The notes: generated from the sequence alone by a model not told the origin. Counted from the first letter of the stretch, positions 25,306 through 38,891 are shown. The stretch is 64,000 nucleotides of DNA from Octopus vulgaris (GCA_951406725.2 OX597823.1:96224001-96288000), one strand, 5' to 3'. Made by a program: numbers and translations.

Positions 25306-26312
25306 ACTCACACAACTATGTCATAAAAGGGTTTTCACAGCCACAGCTTTAAATTAGTGTACACGTGTTCAACCATCGTGAGAAGCTCAGTATCAGATGC
25401 ACACACCAGTGCAATAAATGTCACGGTCACATGCAGAAACACAAATGTTGGACATTACGAACGTAATATTTGTGTGTTTATATTTAGTATGCAATGAGGA
25501 GAGCTTAAACAATTAGGCTGGGATATCAATGTACCTAAATTGGTGAGGGTTGTTATGTTCTACCAAGATCTTTGTTATATACATTGCACCTAAATTCTAT
25601 TTTCAATTCAGTCATAAGATCCTATTCATATATGCGCATGTGTCTGCATGCATGTGTATAAGCAAAACCGAATGTACACTGCACCATCACTATGTGTCCA
25701 CCCGCTCTTTGATATCGTCAGGAATTTCAGACTGTTGATCGCTTCGGAGTTAAAGTCATCAGACAAACATCAGCTTCTTCTCCTGTTAGCCATTGCCATA
25801 AATATGGTGACCAAGTGGACTGAGGTGAAATAAGGAAGATCCTCATCTAAGTCAGGTGTTGGACAGCCCCGAGTAAGAGTATTTATAGCTGACAGTTGGT
25901 GAAGATTGCAAGGCTTACCTTACCAAGAAAGACTTACAACCCACCAAATCAAGTTCCATGATGCCAGAGAAAGGGAAGATGGTTGAAAAATTCCATTTCT
26001 AACCGTCTGTAACCACCAGTCACTTTATTACTAATTAACAATCAGGAGAACTCTTTTACACAGCTCTGAAATCTCTGCCATCCTTCAAAACTCCCTCAAT
26101 TACCAAGGTCAACAATTCAGGCCTGAACAAGAGAAATCATAGAATAAGGAACAGTTGGGACCTGAAGGTGTCAACAATTGGCATCAAAGTGGAAGTGGAA
26201 GGTTGCAGGGTTATGCCTGATACCAAAGGAGTTGATGAGAACCATGGCAACTGGCAGAATGGGTTAAGGATAATTCTTACAAGACCCAGATTGACAAGGT
26301 CGAGGGCAAAGA

Positions 26313-26416
26313 TAGACACCATCTTCTACAGGGAGATATCTGGGTATAGACACCATCTTATCCAAGGAGATATCTGGGTATAGACACCATCTTGTCCAGG
26401 GAGATATCTGGGTATA
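26313..26416. repeat. 34-bp tandem repeat x3
   Basis: tagacaccatcttNNNNagggagatatctgggta repeated three times. Confidence 0.9.
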
Positions 26417-26929
26417 TGGAGGGTGAAAGAATGAAGAAAATGGAATAAGTTCTGGGGTTTTATTGATAGAGTTTTCTTCAAAAGTAAATCTCTATGATGC
26501 AATGTATGTTGGGACTGGATATTGATTGTGGTTCCAAGACATTGTCGCCATAGCGTGAAGTGTTCTGGAAATGGTTATTGATAATCTTTCCAATATAACC
26601 CCTGAATCAGAATAGATTCTGGGATTAATTCTTGAAAACAATCTTTACAACAAAGTCCCTTCTCACAAAAACTTCTGAGTTACTTTCACCAGTGGTATAA
26701 GTGCGGGAATGAAATTTGCTTCGTGGGTGTAAACCCAGGTCCAGTTTCTTTTACAAACACGGTCAATTTTATTTCAATCTTAATATCGAAACTAACACAG
26801 TTATGATTTATTATTATTATTATTATTATTGTTATTATTATTGTTATTGTTATTATTGTTATTGTTATTATTATTGTTATTGTTATTATTATTGTTATTG
26901 TTACTGTTGTTGTTGTTGTTATCATTATT

Positions 26930-27393
26930 CTATGTTTGACTTTTGTTTTACATTTGTACAAGTTGGCGCCAAGTCTCACCCAGAGGCCTCTAGAGACAAC
27001 AAGCTGGAAGTTCATTTTGGTGTTATGCCTAGGGTGCCATATATTTGGTTTTGTACTTAGTGTTGTACTAGTGAGTGTCTAAAAAAAACATACAAAAATT
27101 ATGTTTGTTTTAAAACTTGAGATTACATAGAAAGTATTTTACGTAGGATATGAGCAGTTCCCATGAGCACTATCTTTTGAATTTCTGCCATTTTGGGGTT
27201 TCCTGGTATCTGAGTTAGGTAGCAATCAGCCCCATTTGCTATCATTCCCAGGGCACCTATGACAACAGGTATTGTTTTAGTCTTCAGGTTCCACATTTTG
27301 CTGATTTCTATTTCAAGATCTTTATATTTGCTCAGTTTTTGGTAGGTCTGGACAGATACATTTATATCGATTGGGACAGACATATCAATGAGG
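26930..27393 (-). mobile_element. R4/Dong-type 3' fragment embedded in (AAT)n
   Basis: LIDMSVP.D.NVS..KLSKYKDLEIEISKMW..IPVVIGALG, with (TTA)n on both sides. Confidence 0.85.
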
Positions 27394-27442
27394 ATTATTA
27401 TTATTATTATTATCATCATCATCATCATCAGCATTATTATTA

Positions 27443-27533
<91 letters not shown>

Positions 27534-27548
27534 CAACATCATCATCAA

Positions 27549-27636
<88 letters not shown>

Positions 27637-28034
27637 GTTGTACATCAGTCAAATTGGATTAATCCAATAATAGAAAATAAAGTTACAAATCAGTCCAAAA
27701 ATGTTTCTATGCTCATTTTTTTGTTGATAAAGATTTTTAGGAGATCGTTTAAAGCCTTTTCATTGCCCCTGCACCACCAAATTTTTGTGACTGTACTCGC
27801 ACTGTTCCCGAGCCAATGAGCAGTGGTCCCTTTGACAGTGGCTCCTTCCCTATTATACAATCGATTCTGGGAGTGTCACATGACAGTTGTTCTTACAACA
27901 AAGTCCTTTGAATACACACTGACTATGAAAGGGGTTTCCAAGAAACAGTGTTTCTACATTTCCAAAACACAAAATTATTTTTATCAAAATTATAAAATGT
28001 ATACATTAAGTAATTTTCCTATTTCTCATTGCAG

Positions 28035-28138
28035 CTGAATCTAGTTTGCGATAAAGCGATTCTGGCAAGGTACACCATTTCCGTTTATTTCCTGGGGTGC
28101 CTTTTCGCCATGGTCGTCTGTGGAATTTTATCAGACAG
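28035..28138 (+). CDS. SLC22-like gene exon (104 bp)
   Basis: cag|..AG|gtaag; LNLVCDKAILARYTISVYFLGCLFAMVVCGILSD(R). The size and LVC..SDR motif are characteristic of SLC22. Confidence 0.95.
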
Positions 28139-28225
28139 GTAAGTTATGTGTGTCATATCTCCACGCTGGTGTGTTTAAAGTCTGCATTATATTTTATAGT
28201 CATAAATGTCTGTGTATGCATATCT

Positions 28226-28277
<52 letters not shown>

Positions 28278-28764
28278 TGCATGAATCTGTATATATGGTG
28301 GTCAATGTTAACTCGTGACCGAGCATGACCACTTCATAAATTCAAAACTTCCTTGCAAACGTTCTGAGAGTCCAAGAAGTTCCTGTGCATGGATTTGGTT
28401 TGAGAAGAACCACTTTTCTGAGTAAACAGCCATAAAACCAGAGGCACAACAGAGGCTGAGATGACCAGAAGCCAACTGCATTTCAATGTTTTTTCATACA
28501 AGTTTACCTTTGCCTAAGAGGAAGTTCTGACAAGAGACAGGGGTCCCTCATTCCCAGTGATTTACATGCTAATTAAACCATGTCTGGGACCCTAACAGGT
28601 GCTTCTATTACAGGTCAGATTTGGGAGAAATAGTATAAATACATACATAAATATGCATGTACAAGTATACATATATACATATATACATTTGTATACATGT
28701 GTGCGTGTGTGTGTGTGTATGCGTGCATGTGTGTATCACCATTATCATCATCATCATTTAACGT

Positions 28765-29307
28765 GATTCCACGCTTTAGGAATGGTCAGTTGTCGCTTGA
28801 TGATCAACCTCGTTCAAGACGACTGTCTACCTCCCGAATGAATGAAAACATCATGAAAATTAACGAAAAATTGACGAACTTGTCGACATGATTGGTGTGT
28901 CCTGGAGTTTTTGCCAACGGATTTTGAGCGAGGAATTACAAATGAAAAGAGTTGCAACAAAATTTGTGCCTGGCTTGCTCACGGAAGATCAAAAGAAGTC
29001 ATAGCTGAAGGCGTGTTGTAAACTGAAAAAAAAAAACCGTTGGAAGTTGATCCGAACCTTTCCTCGAAGATCATCACTAGTGAGGAAAGCTGATGCTACG
29101 GAATTTGCAGATGTGGAAGAGGTGAAGAAGAAAACGATGGAGGCGTTAAAAGGTATTACTTCGCAAGGGTTCCAGCACTACTTCACGCCTGGTCCAATGC
29201 ATCGCTTCCAATGGAGAATACTTTGATGGCGATAAAAGCGTAAGCATGTAAAACTAGGTCAATAAAATAATATTGCAAAATTCCGGCTTCTTTTGGGTAC
29301 CCTCTGG
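28765..29307 (+). mobile_element. Decayed mariner-type transposon fragment
   Basis: RFRNGQLSLDDQPRS.R-like HTH-linker fragment. Same family as 8379-9227. Confidence 0.7.
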
Positions 29308-29325
29308 TATGTATGTGTGTATGTA

Positions 29326-29408
<83 letters not shown>

Positions 29409-29701
29409 GACAGGCTTCTTTCAGTTTCCTAAATCCACTCACAAGGCTTTGGTCGGCTCGAGGCTATAGTAGAAGACACTTGCCCAAGGTGCCACGTAGT
29501 GGGACTCAACCCAGGACCATGTGGTTAGTAAGGAAGCTACTTACCACACAGCCACTATATGCATACATACTAGAAGTTTTGGAGTTGATGTACAGGTATT
29601 TTATATTAGAAGAAATGAGGTACTCAGAAATTCGGATGGTTTTATATTTACAGATATTTATTAGTATGTTACATGTTTTTATACATCATATATCATATAT
29701 C

Positions 29702-29745
29702 ATATATTAGCGCTTTCGTCCATTCTAGTGGAGTCTTCAAATATA
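29702..29745 (-). ncRNA. Degenerate minimal hammerhead motif in a Penelope-type fragment
   Basis: Minus strand: tatat TTGAAGA c-tcca-ctagaa-tgga-c GAAA GCGC TA atata, with palindromic stem III AGCGCT and a C3U change. Confidence 0.45.
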
Positions 29746-29756
29746 TATATATATAA

Positions 29757-30976
29757 TGTGGACGTAATATAGCTTGATTTTGCAAAAGCTTTTGACAAGG
29801 TGGATCATGGTATGATATGCCACAAACTGCGTGACCTTGGCATAGCTGGAAAACTTGAAGAGTGGTTACATGACTTTCTGAAAGATAGGAGTCAGGCAGT
29901 AGTGGCTAATGGAGCCAACTCTATGAACACACAAATAGTGAGCGGTGTTCCATAGGGCACTGTCTTGGGAACCACTCCTTTTTATAGTGGCCTTCTCAGA
30001 TATGCTCTCAAATGCCCGGATAGCCACCCTTGCAAGCTATGCAGATGATACGAAAGTTCCGCAGAAAATACAGAACTCCAGCGATGTTACACACCTGCAG
30101 CAGGAGTTGGACTCAATTTACAGATGGGCTGAGGATAATAATATGCAGCTTAATGCTGAAAAATTCCAAGCCCTATGCTATCAGCATCCAAAACTGAATA
30201 TGAAACTTACAAGGTACACCGGTCCACAGGGAATTTCAATCCCAGAGCCTAAGTCAGTGAGGGACCTGGGTATCGACATGAGTGATGATACCTCTTTTCA
30301 AGTGCACATTACCAGGATGGCGACAAAGTGCAGACGACTGGCTGGATGGATCCTAAGAACATTCAGAACCAGAGATAAGGAAACCATGATGGTCCTCTGG
30401 CGGACATTCATCCTCAGCCGCCTGGATTACTGCTCACAGCTATGGTCACCCACCAGTGTGAAATTAACAGCAGACCTTGAAGCAATCCAGAGAAGATTCA
30501 CAAAGAAGATCGTCTCTTTGCAACAGCTCATCTACTGGGAAAGGTTGAAACAGCTAATACTGGAGAGAAGACGGGAGAGGTACGCAGTAATATATATCTG
30601 GAAGCTACACCAATACCAGGACGGGACGACACTGCATAGTGCCAAAGGTCCCAGCAATGCCATCACTCTTCAGGACCAGTTACTACAACAGCCTGGGTTT
30701 CAGGGGCCCACAGCTTTTTAATATTCTCCCAAAGAGTCTGAGGAACTTGCACAAAGTAGATGTAGGGGTTTTTAAATCAAAGCTGGACCTCTTCCTGTCG
30801 AGAATCCCAGATGAATCTACCTCACGGTAAGAGGTACAAGTGAGGGTAGCTATATCAAACTCCATGCTTCACCAAGTCCCACATATTAGAGGAGGTTCTT
30901 AGTAATAACAGTGTAGCAAAACGGCGGTGCATCAGCATGGCCACAGCTCTGAGCTGAAACTAGAGAGAGTAAAAGA
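29757..30976 (+). mobile_element. 5'-truncated CR1/L2-group LINE (RT and 3' end)
   Basis: DFAKAFDKVDH, GVP, YADDTK, RDLG, DYCSQLWSP, LERRRER motifs. The 3' tail is shared with the major SINE. Confidence 0.85.
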
Positions 30977-30986
30977 CAATTATAAA

Positions 30987-31024
<38 letters not shown>

Positions 31025-31049
31025 GATTTATAATTGTCTTTTACTCTCT

Positions 31050-31295
31050 CTAGTACTTATTCTATCGGTTGCTTTTTGCAAACCGCTAAGTTACGGGGAC
31101 GTAACACACTAGCATTGGTTGTCAAGCGATATTGGGGGCTTCTTTCAGTTTCCGTCTACCAAATCCACTCACAAGACTTTGGTCGGCCCGAGGCTATAGT
31201 AGAAGACGCTTGCCTAAGCTGCCACGCAGTGGGACTGAACCCGGAACCATGTGGTTGGTAAGCAAGCTACTCACCACACAGCCACTCCTACGCCT
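31050..31295 (-). mobile_element. CORE-type SINE copy
   Basis: Colinear with the family. Confidence 0.8.
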
Positions 31296-31687
31296 ATATA
31301 AAGCGATTTATATTTTTATAATTATATTAAAAAAATATATAATCACAATGAAAGGTACTTGGAAAAAGTATGAACATGCTAGAAATAGCAGTCAAAAGTA
31401 CTCTGAATTACCTATTTCACTTTTTTGCGCAGGTGAATGCAATGAAAATGAGCAAAATACAATTTATCCTACCTTTAACGGATAAATAGATCGATTTCAA
31501 GTTCTGTAATTAATACTTAGCCCTCATTAGTGTCATTCACCATAATTAGTACATATACATGAATATTTATATATACATACATATACATATATATACATAC
31601 ATATACATATATATACATACAACCACACACATATACACGAGGCCAATCAATTCGACAATCTCTCCAGCGATTGGCGGTTATAATATA

Positions 31688-32946
31688 CTAGCAGTATAGC
31701 CCGGCGTTGCTCGGGTTTGCTTTTTAGTTACACTTAGGCGTTTCTACTCAGACGTAGTTCACATTGAGCATCGTTCTTGGCAGCTCTTGCAGCTGCAGCC
31801 TTTCGGTCTAAACGAAGTCTACGCCGATTATTTTTGTCTGCAGCTTGCACATCTGCATTAATCATTGCATTTCCTTCGTTCTGATGTCGAACATTTTCCT
31901 TATTCAGCGCAGCCTGTGGGAATGTAGTTGCTGAGGCATTACTGCTGCCTTCAATCGAAGTCTCGTCATCATTCTCAGTTGATTGAGAAGATGCAATGGG
32001 AACAGAATCTCCCCAACCCCCCGGCCGATTCAAGCAACGCTCATCTGTGGACATAACAGCCGCATCAATCGAACACCACGCAATTTGAGACTCTCTACTA
32101 CTCAACGATGGCGAATGAAGTCTCCTTCTTGTCATCATCTGTTTCCGGGTCGATTGCATTATAGCCCCCCCCTTTTTTAGGCATTGTCGAGTGAAGCATG
32201 TTTAGGCAAAGTGATGTGGCAAAAAGTATATCTTAAATGCGAAGAAATTTCAAAAAGTCTACGTGAACATGCAGCACATTTTTTTTTAACTTTACACGTT
32301 TCCGTTAAGAGTTTCCTTTAATTGTTATTGAACAATTATTAAGAAGGAAAGTCTCAGTTCGAAATCCATAAAAGAAGGTAAACATTTCTTGTATTGTACC
32401 AAAGATAAATTTTTAGACACCCGTAGTTAGTTAGGTATTTAAAAAATCTTTTAGGAAAGTCCAAATGACTAAGCAAAACGTTCTGTCTTATGTTAATGCA
32501 ATTAATTTTTCTCACAAAAAGTCGATTGAAATTGCTGAATTGTACTCAACGCTGTAGCAGTTGACAACCTTGAAAATTAGTGCATTCACGCAGCGAACAT
32601 TAGGGAACAGAATCTCCCTCCCGTCGATTCAAGCAACGCTCATCTGTGGACATAAGAACCGCATCAATCGAACACCCCATACCAAGGCAGTTTTCCATTA
32701 GACAAATTATTAACATTAGTTATCTCCCTTGCATCCTGTTGAAGCTCAAGTTTCGAACTGCACTGATTTTTTATGTAAATAATTTTTGCTGTTAACATGG
32801 TCCGATTTGAGCAAGCCTTCTTTTATCATACTCTCAATTTTGGTCAACTTGTGCCGCAGGGTCTCAGATGAGATAGTGTTAATTGAAGGCTACCAAACCT
32901 GCCCCCCCCCCACAGACAACTTCAGTTTTATGCATATACATATAGA
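31688..32946 (-). mobile_element. Non-autonomous Helitron
   Basis: On the minus strand it starts TC, ends with a cccgagcaacgccggg hairpin plus CTAG, and sits between host A and T. Internal Arg/Ala-rich ORF fragment and ~75-bp internal duplication. Confidence 0.7.
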
Positions 32947-33556
32947 TTTGAGTCCACGGCACAAAGCCCTTTACAAAACATTAGTATTACTCAGTCCTTG
33001 TTGATTAAAAATAGAGTATTGGAGACCGAAGTATATTTGGTTTATTCCAAAATTTTCAATATGCCGGTCATAGAAAAAAGGGAGGTCACTCTTGCATCTT
33101 CTGTCAAAGAGAAAGAGAGAGTAACAGCGGAGAGAGAGTAACAGAAAATGACGTTGAAATGTGAGCCAGTGAAAGCTGTATTATAATCGTCTCTGGTCAC
33201 CGACTCCTTTCGCCAACTTGAGGGATTTTAGTATTCATAATTATCGCAGAACAGCGACAAAAACAAAGACATATGTCCGAGAACAATGAGAAAAATTGCT
33301 GTAGGCGATTCTGATCTCTTTTCCGCTTTTGGTGGCATAGAAGAGGTCAAAAGGTTTAAGTGGGAAATATATAAATCGACTTGGCAAGGCCATGTGTTCA
33401 AAGTACCGGGTATCAACAATTGTCTCTCCGTCAGAAAATGTTGTTGTTATTTGAAGGGGGAATTCTGTAGATTCAGGTTCGAATGTATGGTGCCCAAATG
33501 AAATCCACTATTTTTTTCTTCGCAAGGAAAACACACTTGTAACAATATATACATAC

Positions 33557-33641
<85 letters not shown>

Positions 33642-33707
33642 CATGTGTGTAAGCATGTCTGTGTGTACGCATGTATTTAATTAGTTTTTCTCTTCAATGT
33701 TTTTCAG

Positions 33708-33862
33708 ATTTGGTCGCAAAAAAGTGATAATTGTGGGTTTATTTTTGGAAGGGTCAACTGGAATAGCAATGGCCTTCATCTCCAACATTTATGCCATATA
33801 TGCGTTACGTTTTATGACTGCTGTTGGTGGTTCTGGATCCTACGTTCCTTCAGTTGTCCTTG
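33708..33862 (+). CDS. SLC22-like gene exon (155 bp)
   Basis: cag|A..G|gtaag; (R)FGRKKVII..ALRFMTAVGG..VVL, MFS motif A. Confidence 0.95.
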
Positions 33863-34209
33863 GTAAGCAAACAACAATAAAACACCATAAACGTCCATTT
33901 TAAAATTTGAATGATTTTCTGTCTCTTATTCTTTATCTGCTCCCTTCCATTAGAAAGAGCCCTTTGAGGGGTTTTAATCATATCAGCAACTTTAGTTCAT
34001 CCCATTACGGAAAAGAAATATTACGTTGCTCTGAGTGGAATGGCAATAGTCATGGCAAAACAGAAGAGCACAGGTTACGCAAACACATATGCACATATAT
34101 TCACGCTGGCATGCATATATATACATGCACACACAAACACACACACACATATATATACATAGCAATAGTAAATCTCTGAGCAAGACTGGCAAATACACCT
34201 CACGACATA

Positions 34210-34288
<79 letters not shown>

Positions 34289-34319
34289 TATATATATATG
34301 CATATATGTGTGTGACCAG

Positions 34320-34490
34320 AGACGACTATATATAGGTGAAATTTATAGAAAAATGAAGACAGGTGTATGAACAACAGGTAGGTGTATTAGTTTGACGCTC
34401 GGGAAGGTGAGAAAGTCCTTTACGTTTCGAGCCTAAGCTCTTCAACAGAAAAGAATAAGAGAAAATAAACAGAGAGAGAATAAAACTTCA
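34320..34490 (-). mobile_element. Penelope-type pseudo-LTR fragment
   Basis: Reverse complement of 1535-1700, including ttgaagagcttaggctcgaaacgta. Confidence 0.55.
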
Positions 34491-34514
34491 AGCATGGTGA
34501 CTGTATATATATAT

Positions 34515-34969
34515 AATACAAAATGGGACAAGAACGCAAAACATCCGGACAACTAGGTGATAAAAGGGACAACAAAACATCCAGATAGACGATACAAAAA
34601 AAAAAAAACAAAAAAAAAAAACACAAAGACGGGTCATCCAAAGCTTTCTATCCTCAGTCAAGAACCGGATCATCTTCGCAATATCGGCTGATTAATCTTG
34701 AGATTGCTCCAATGAGAAACTAAGCTAAGAGCATTAGATTCCTTGGAAGAAAGCATCGAATGTATACGAAAACAAGGACGGAAAAACAGACAATTTTACA
34801 CAAGTATAAATACAAAATACAATAAAAATAATAACTTGACTGAGGATAGAAAGCTTTGAATGATCCGTCCTTGTGTTTTTTTTTGTATCGTCTATCTGGA
34901 TGTTTTGTTGTCCCCTTTTTGTATCACCTAGTTGTCCGGATGTATCGCATTTTTGTCCCATTTTGTATT
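34515..34969. repeat. Inverted repeat (~140-bp arms, ~170-bp spacer) with minimal hammerhead-like cores
   Basis: Arms 34515-34662 and 34835-34969 are reverse complements. Each carries CTGAGGA-TA-GAAAGCTT. Confidence 0.85.
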
Positions 34970-35002
34970 TTATATATATAGCGGTGTACGTACACTTTGT
35001 TT

Positions 35003-35044
<42 letters not shown>

Positions 35045-35069
35045 CCTCTCTCTCTATTATATATATTTG

Positions 35070-35746
35070 TTCGCCGGTGTGGCATGAAAATTGATAAAAC
35101 CAGGTACTTCCGAGGCCTCGGGTTTCATTTCGGAGATTTCCTTCTCTTAAGTAGATTACCAGCCAAGCTTAAAGAACTTCTTCCTTCCCATAAAACGGTT
35201 TACGGATGACTATGAAGTCACTTGGAATGGATCCAGGACGCATAGAAACTTTGCTGCGGATCGAGCTGGATGGCGATCAAAAGTGTGGAGTGGAGTGAAA
35301 GCGTTTGAAGGGGCCAGGATAATGCATGTAAGACTCAAAAGAGATTTAATGAAGAATGTTCTAATCAAGAAGGTGAATCACAATGACCTTATTGTTCTGC
35401 ACAGTTTGTGACAGACCATGCCTTTCTTTTGCTGGGCTCAAATCTCATTTGCAGTCCCATGGAAAACGAACCTCCACCAACTATTCTGCCTATATGTCTG
35501 TGCACCCCTTTTAATGCCATGTACGCCATAAAGTCTGCAAATCTAACGGAGGCCTTAAAAGACATTTTAAGATCCACAAAGATAAGAACTTATCTGCAGC
35601 CCTTGGTGGTCCAAATCGGATGCGCAATCTATGTGAGTGTCCTTTAAGAATATTGTCTGGTTTAAAAAGCGACATCAGATGCCATGATGGTTCTAGTGTT
35701 TAGGTACAGGAGATGACTAAACTCTGCATAAGGAGCAGACAATCAT
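35070..35746 (+). mobile_element. RTE LINE copy with inverted 5' segment
   Basis: 35070-35191 is the reverse complement of ~11475-11601, and 35204-35746 is colinear with ~14884-15438. Confidence 0.8.
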
Positions 35747-35754
35747 CATATATG

Positions 35755-35813
<59 letters not shown>

Positions 35814-35964
35814 ATATATATGTGTGGGTGTGTGTGTATGTATATATATGTATATATGTATATATATATACATACATACACACACACACATATATATATA
35901 TATATTTTCAATGGGCTTCTTTCAGTTTCTATCTACCAAATATGCTCACAAGGCCTCACAATTT

Positions 35965-37670
35965 CTGGTAAAGAAGCCCTCTGCTATAATAAAACCCTAG
36001 CCAATTTTAACTTTAAAGAGATCTCATACACCTTGAACCAAACAGAAGCTAGCCTAAATATAGACCTAGGAAATTTATTGACACAGTCTCTCCTGGGGAA
36101 GCGGAAAGACCATTGTCAAAACCTTCTTGAGAATTCACCGAATATATCAAACCAGCTGATCCATCCTATCGTTGAAGAGGTTCTGGATATCAAACAGGGA
36201 CCCTTCTCGATTTAAGAGCATGGAGTCGTACTGAAGAAGACCAAAAACCGAAAGGCTGCAGGATTGGATCACATTTCTCTTGAAGTCTGGAAAACCGGCA
36301 ACTTCAATGACATTCTTCTTAAATCGTGCAATTCAGTATATTATCAAATCGCGATAAAAAGATGTAGTCTGCGTTCCCCAAAAAGCAGAGGTCTGGACCT
36401 TGCAATAAACTACAGAGGAATTAAATGAACACCAATTGCAGCGAAAACTTTCAATGCGTTGCTACTCAATTGAATCCAACCTCAAACTGAAAGAGATCTT
36501 AGAAAAAATCAAAATGGATTCAGGAAGAACCGCTCTACATCTGGTCAAATTCTCACAGTTAGGAGGATGTTGGAAGGAATACGAGCCAAAAACCTTAATG
36601 TAGTTCTGCTCTTTGTAGATTTCTCCAAGGCCTTTCACTCCGTACACAGAGATAAGATGGCAGAAATCCTTAGGGCATATGGAATCCCTGATGAAACAAT
36701 AGAGGCAGTAATGATGCTGTTTAAAAACACCCAAGCGAAAATGCGGTCCCCAGATGGAGATACTGACTTTTTCGATGTTCGTGAAGGAGTACTGCAGGAT
36801 GCCATACTATCCCCTTACTTGTTTATCCTGCGTCTCGATTATGTACTGCGTACCTGAATAGATCAACACAATGTTCTGGGTTTCACTTTACAGAAGTCTA
36901 GGAGCAGAAGATATCCGGCCACCTACTTCACTGACGCCGATTGATGACTGATGACATAGCGCTCTTTGCAGACAACACAAAAGATGCTGATCGTTTACTC
37001 ATTTCCTGGAAAATGTTGCTGCTAACATAGGACTATATGTGAATGAAAAGAAGATAGATTTTATCACCCTGAACGCAACAGGTGAAATCAGGAGCATCAA
37101 CAGAAGCCCTTGAAAATTGTCAACGAGTTTACTTACCTTTCATCATGTCCACTGAAAAAAATATTAAATCTTGTATTGCTAAGGATTGGGCAGCTATAGA
37201 CGTTCTTTGAACGATATGGAAGTCAATCCTACCAAATAAATTGAAGAGATAGTTCTTCGGAGCAGTTGTTTTATCTGTGCTTGTATATGGATCTCAGGTG
37301 CATGCTGGACGGTGCCTACAATAGAATGTTACGTGCAGTGCTCAACATCTCTTGGAGGGAGCCCCCAACAAATCAACAGTTATATGGAAATGTACCAACT
37401 CTCTTTCATCAAACATCCAAAAACTGAGACTGAGGTTTGCTGGCCACAGCTGGAGAAGTAAGGAAGAACTTGTGAGTAAGGTGTTGCTGTGGACACCAAA
37501 TCATAGGACCACGACGGCTGGAAGACCATAGAAGACCATAGAAGACGCATATACAACAGCTTGAAGAAGGTACTGGATGCGAAGTTGAAGACCTAAAAAC
37601 ACTAATGGAAGATCGGTAGGGATGGAGAGAGGTAGTCAGGCTGGCCTGGGCAATCAGCCTGATTGGATGA
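35965..37670 (+). mobile_element. Decayed RTE-group LINE (second family), RT and 3' part
   Basis: LLFVDFSKAFHSVHR, GVLQDAILSPYLFIL, DDIALF, RLRFAGH-like fragments. Confidence 0.8.
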
Positions 37671-38701
37671 TGCCTAAAAAAAAAACCTATATCGTTCATT
37701 CCTCTTACTCCTTAAATGTTAAGACTAATGTGGGTGAAAAATGCACACGCGCATACACGTACACACGTCCCCGCTGTGTCCAGGGGTCAGCTTGCCAAGG
37801 CCCTACAGCTTCTTCTGTGTTGTGCTACATGTATACAATCAGCTAGGCTCTTGTTTCGATACATTTTTGTTTTTCAATCGTAAACAAAAAGAGTTTAAAA
37901 GAAATTGATGATATGAGAGACAATATGGAAAACATGCTTAAAATATCAAATGTTCATACAAATTGCAATATTCCATGAGTTCCACAGAGAAATACAGTAA
38001 GACAAATTCAAACGTTCAATGAATTCCATAACAGTCATACGTGATTGAAAATTCAGTAACATTGAATTATATTAACAATTAGATACGATGAAGTTTTTAA
38101 AAGAAAAAATAGAAAAATAGAAAAGAAAGAAAAAGTTTTTTTTTTACAATTTTACAATTTCTGTTGTAGTACATGAAGGAGGATTCTTTGATGCTGGTTT
38201 TGCTGGTGACAGCTTGAAGTGCTTTAAGCTAAAATTGCTTTGCATATATAAGTTTTTTTATGGTAAAGTCTCAAGTTGTCATGAATTGTAAATTTAATGG
38301 CATCGCTTGTTTATCTTTGCCTATGGCCTAGTATTTTGGTTGGGTGGCTACCTGAATATGCCGTTTGTTTTCCAAATCTTCTGGTCACATATTTTGGTTT
38401 AAAGAATCTGTCACAAAATTTAAAAGCTACCGCACGTTTTAAGACTCGGGTGCATTTTCAACTTTTATAATTAAGGGTTACATTATAGGTTTAAGAAGTT
38501 ATAATTATTACTCCCTACATGATATTTATATTTTCTTATTGGTACTTATTTAGAAAGGTTATTTATATAAAGGTCCTTATAAATACTAAGACCAGGAGGG
38601 TAGAGCCATTTAAGAAAGAGAAAAATCAAGTAATTTTTAAAGATCATTTCAAACAATATTGTCATTCTGTGTAAGGTGTGTGTGAGTGTGTGTGAGTGTG
38701 T

Positions 38702-38796
<95 letters not shown>

Positions 38797-38891
38797 CGTG
38801 CATGTGTATGTATTATAAATTCCCTCTTTATATCATCATATTCGTAATTGTTGTCATCGTTTTTCCTCATCATCATTGTTTCAAATTCTAG

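Noticed and set aside
26313-26416. 34-bp repeats resembling a CRISPR array
   Set aside because: The units are directly adjacent with no unique spacers, the context is eukaryotic, and there are no cas genes
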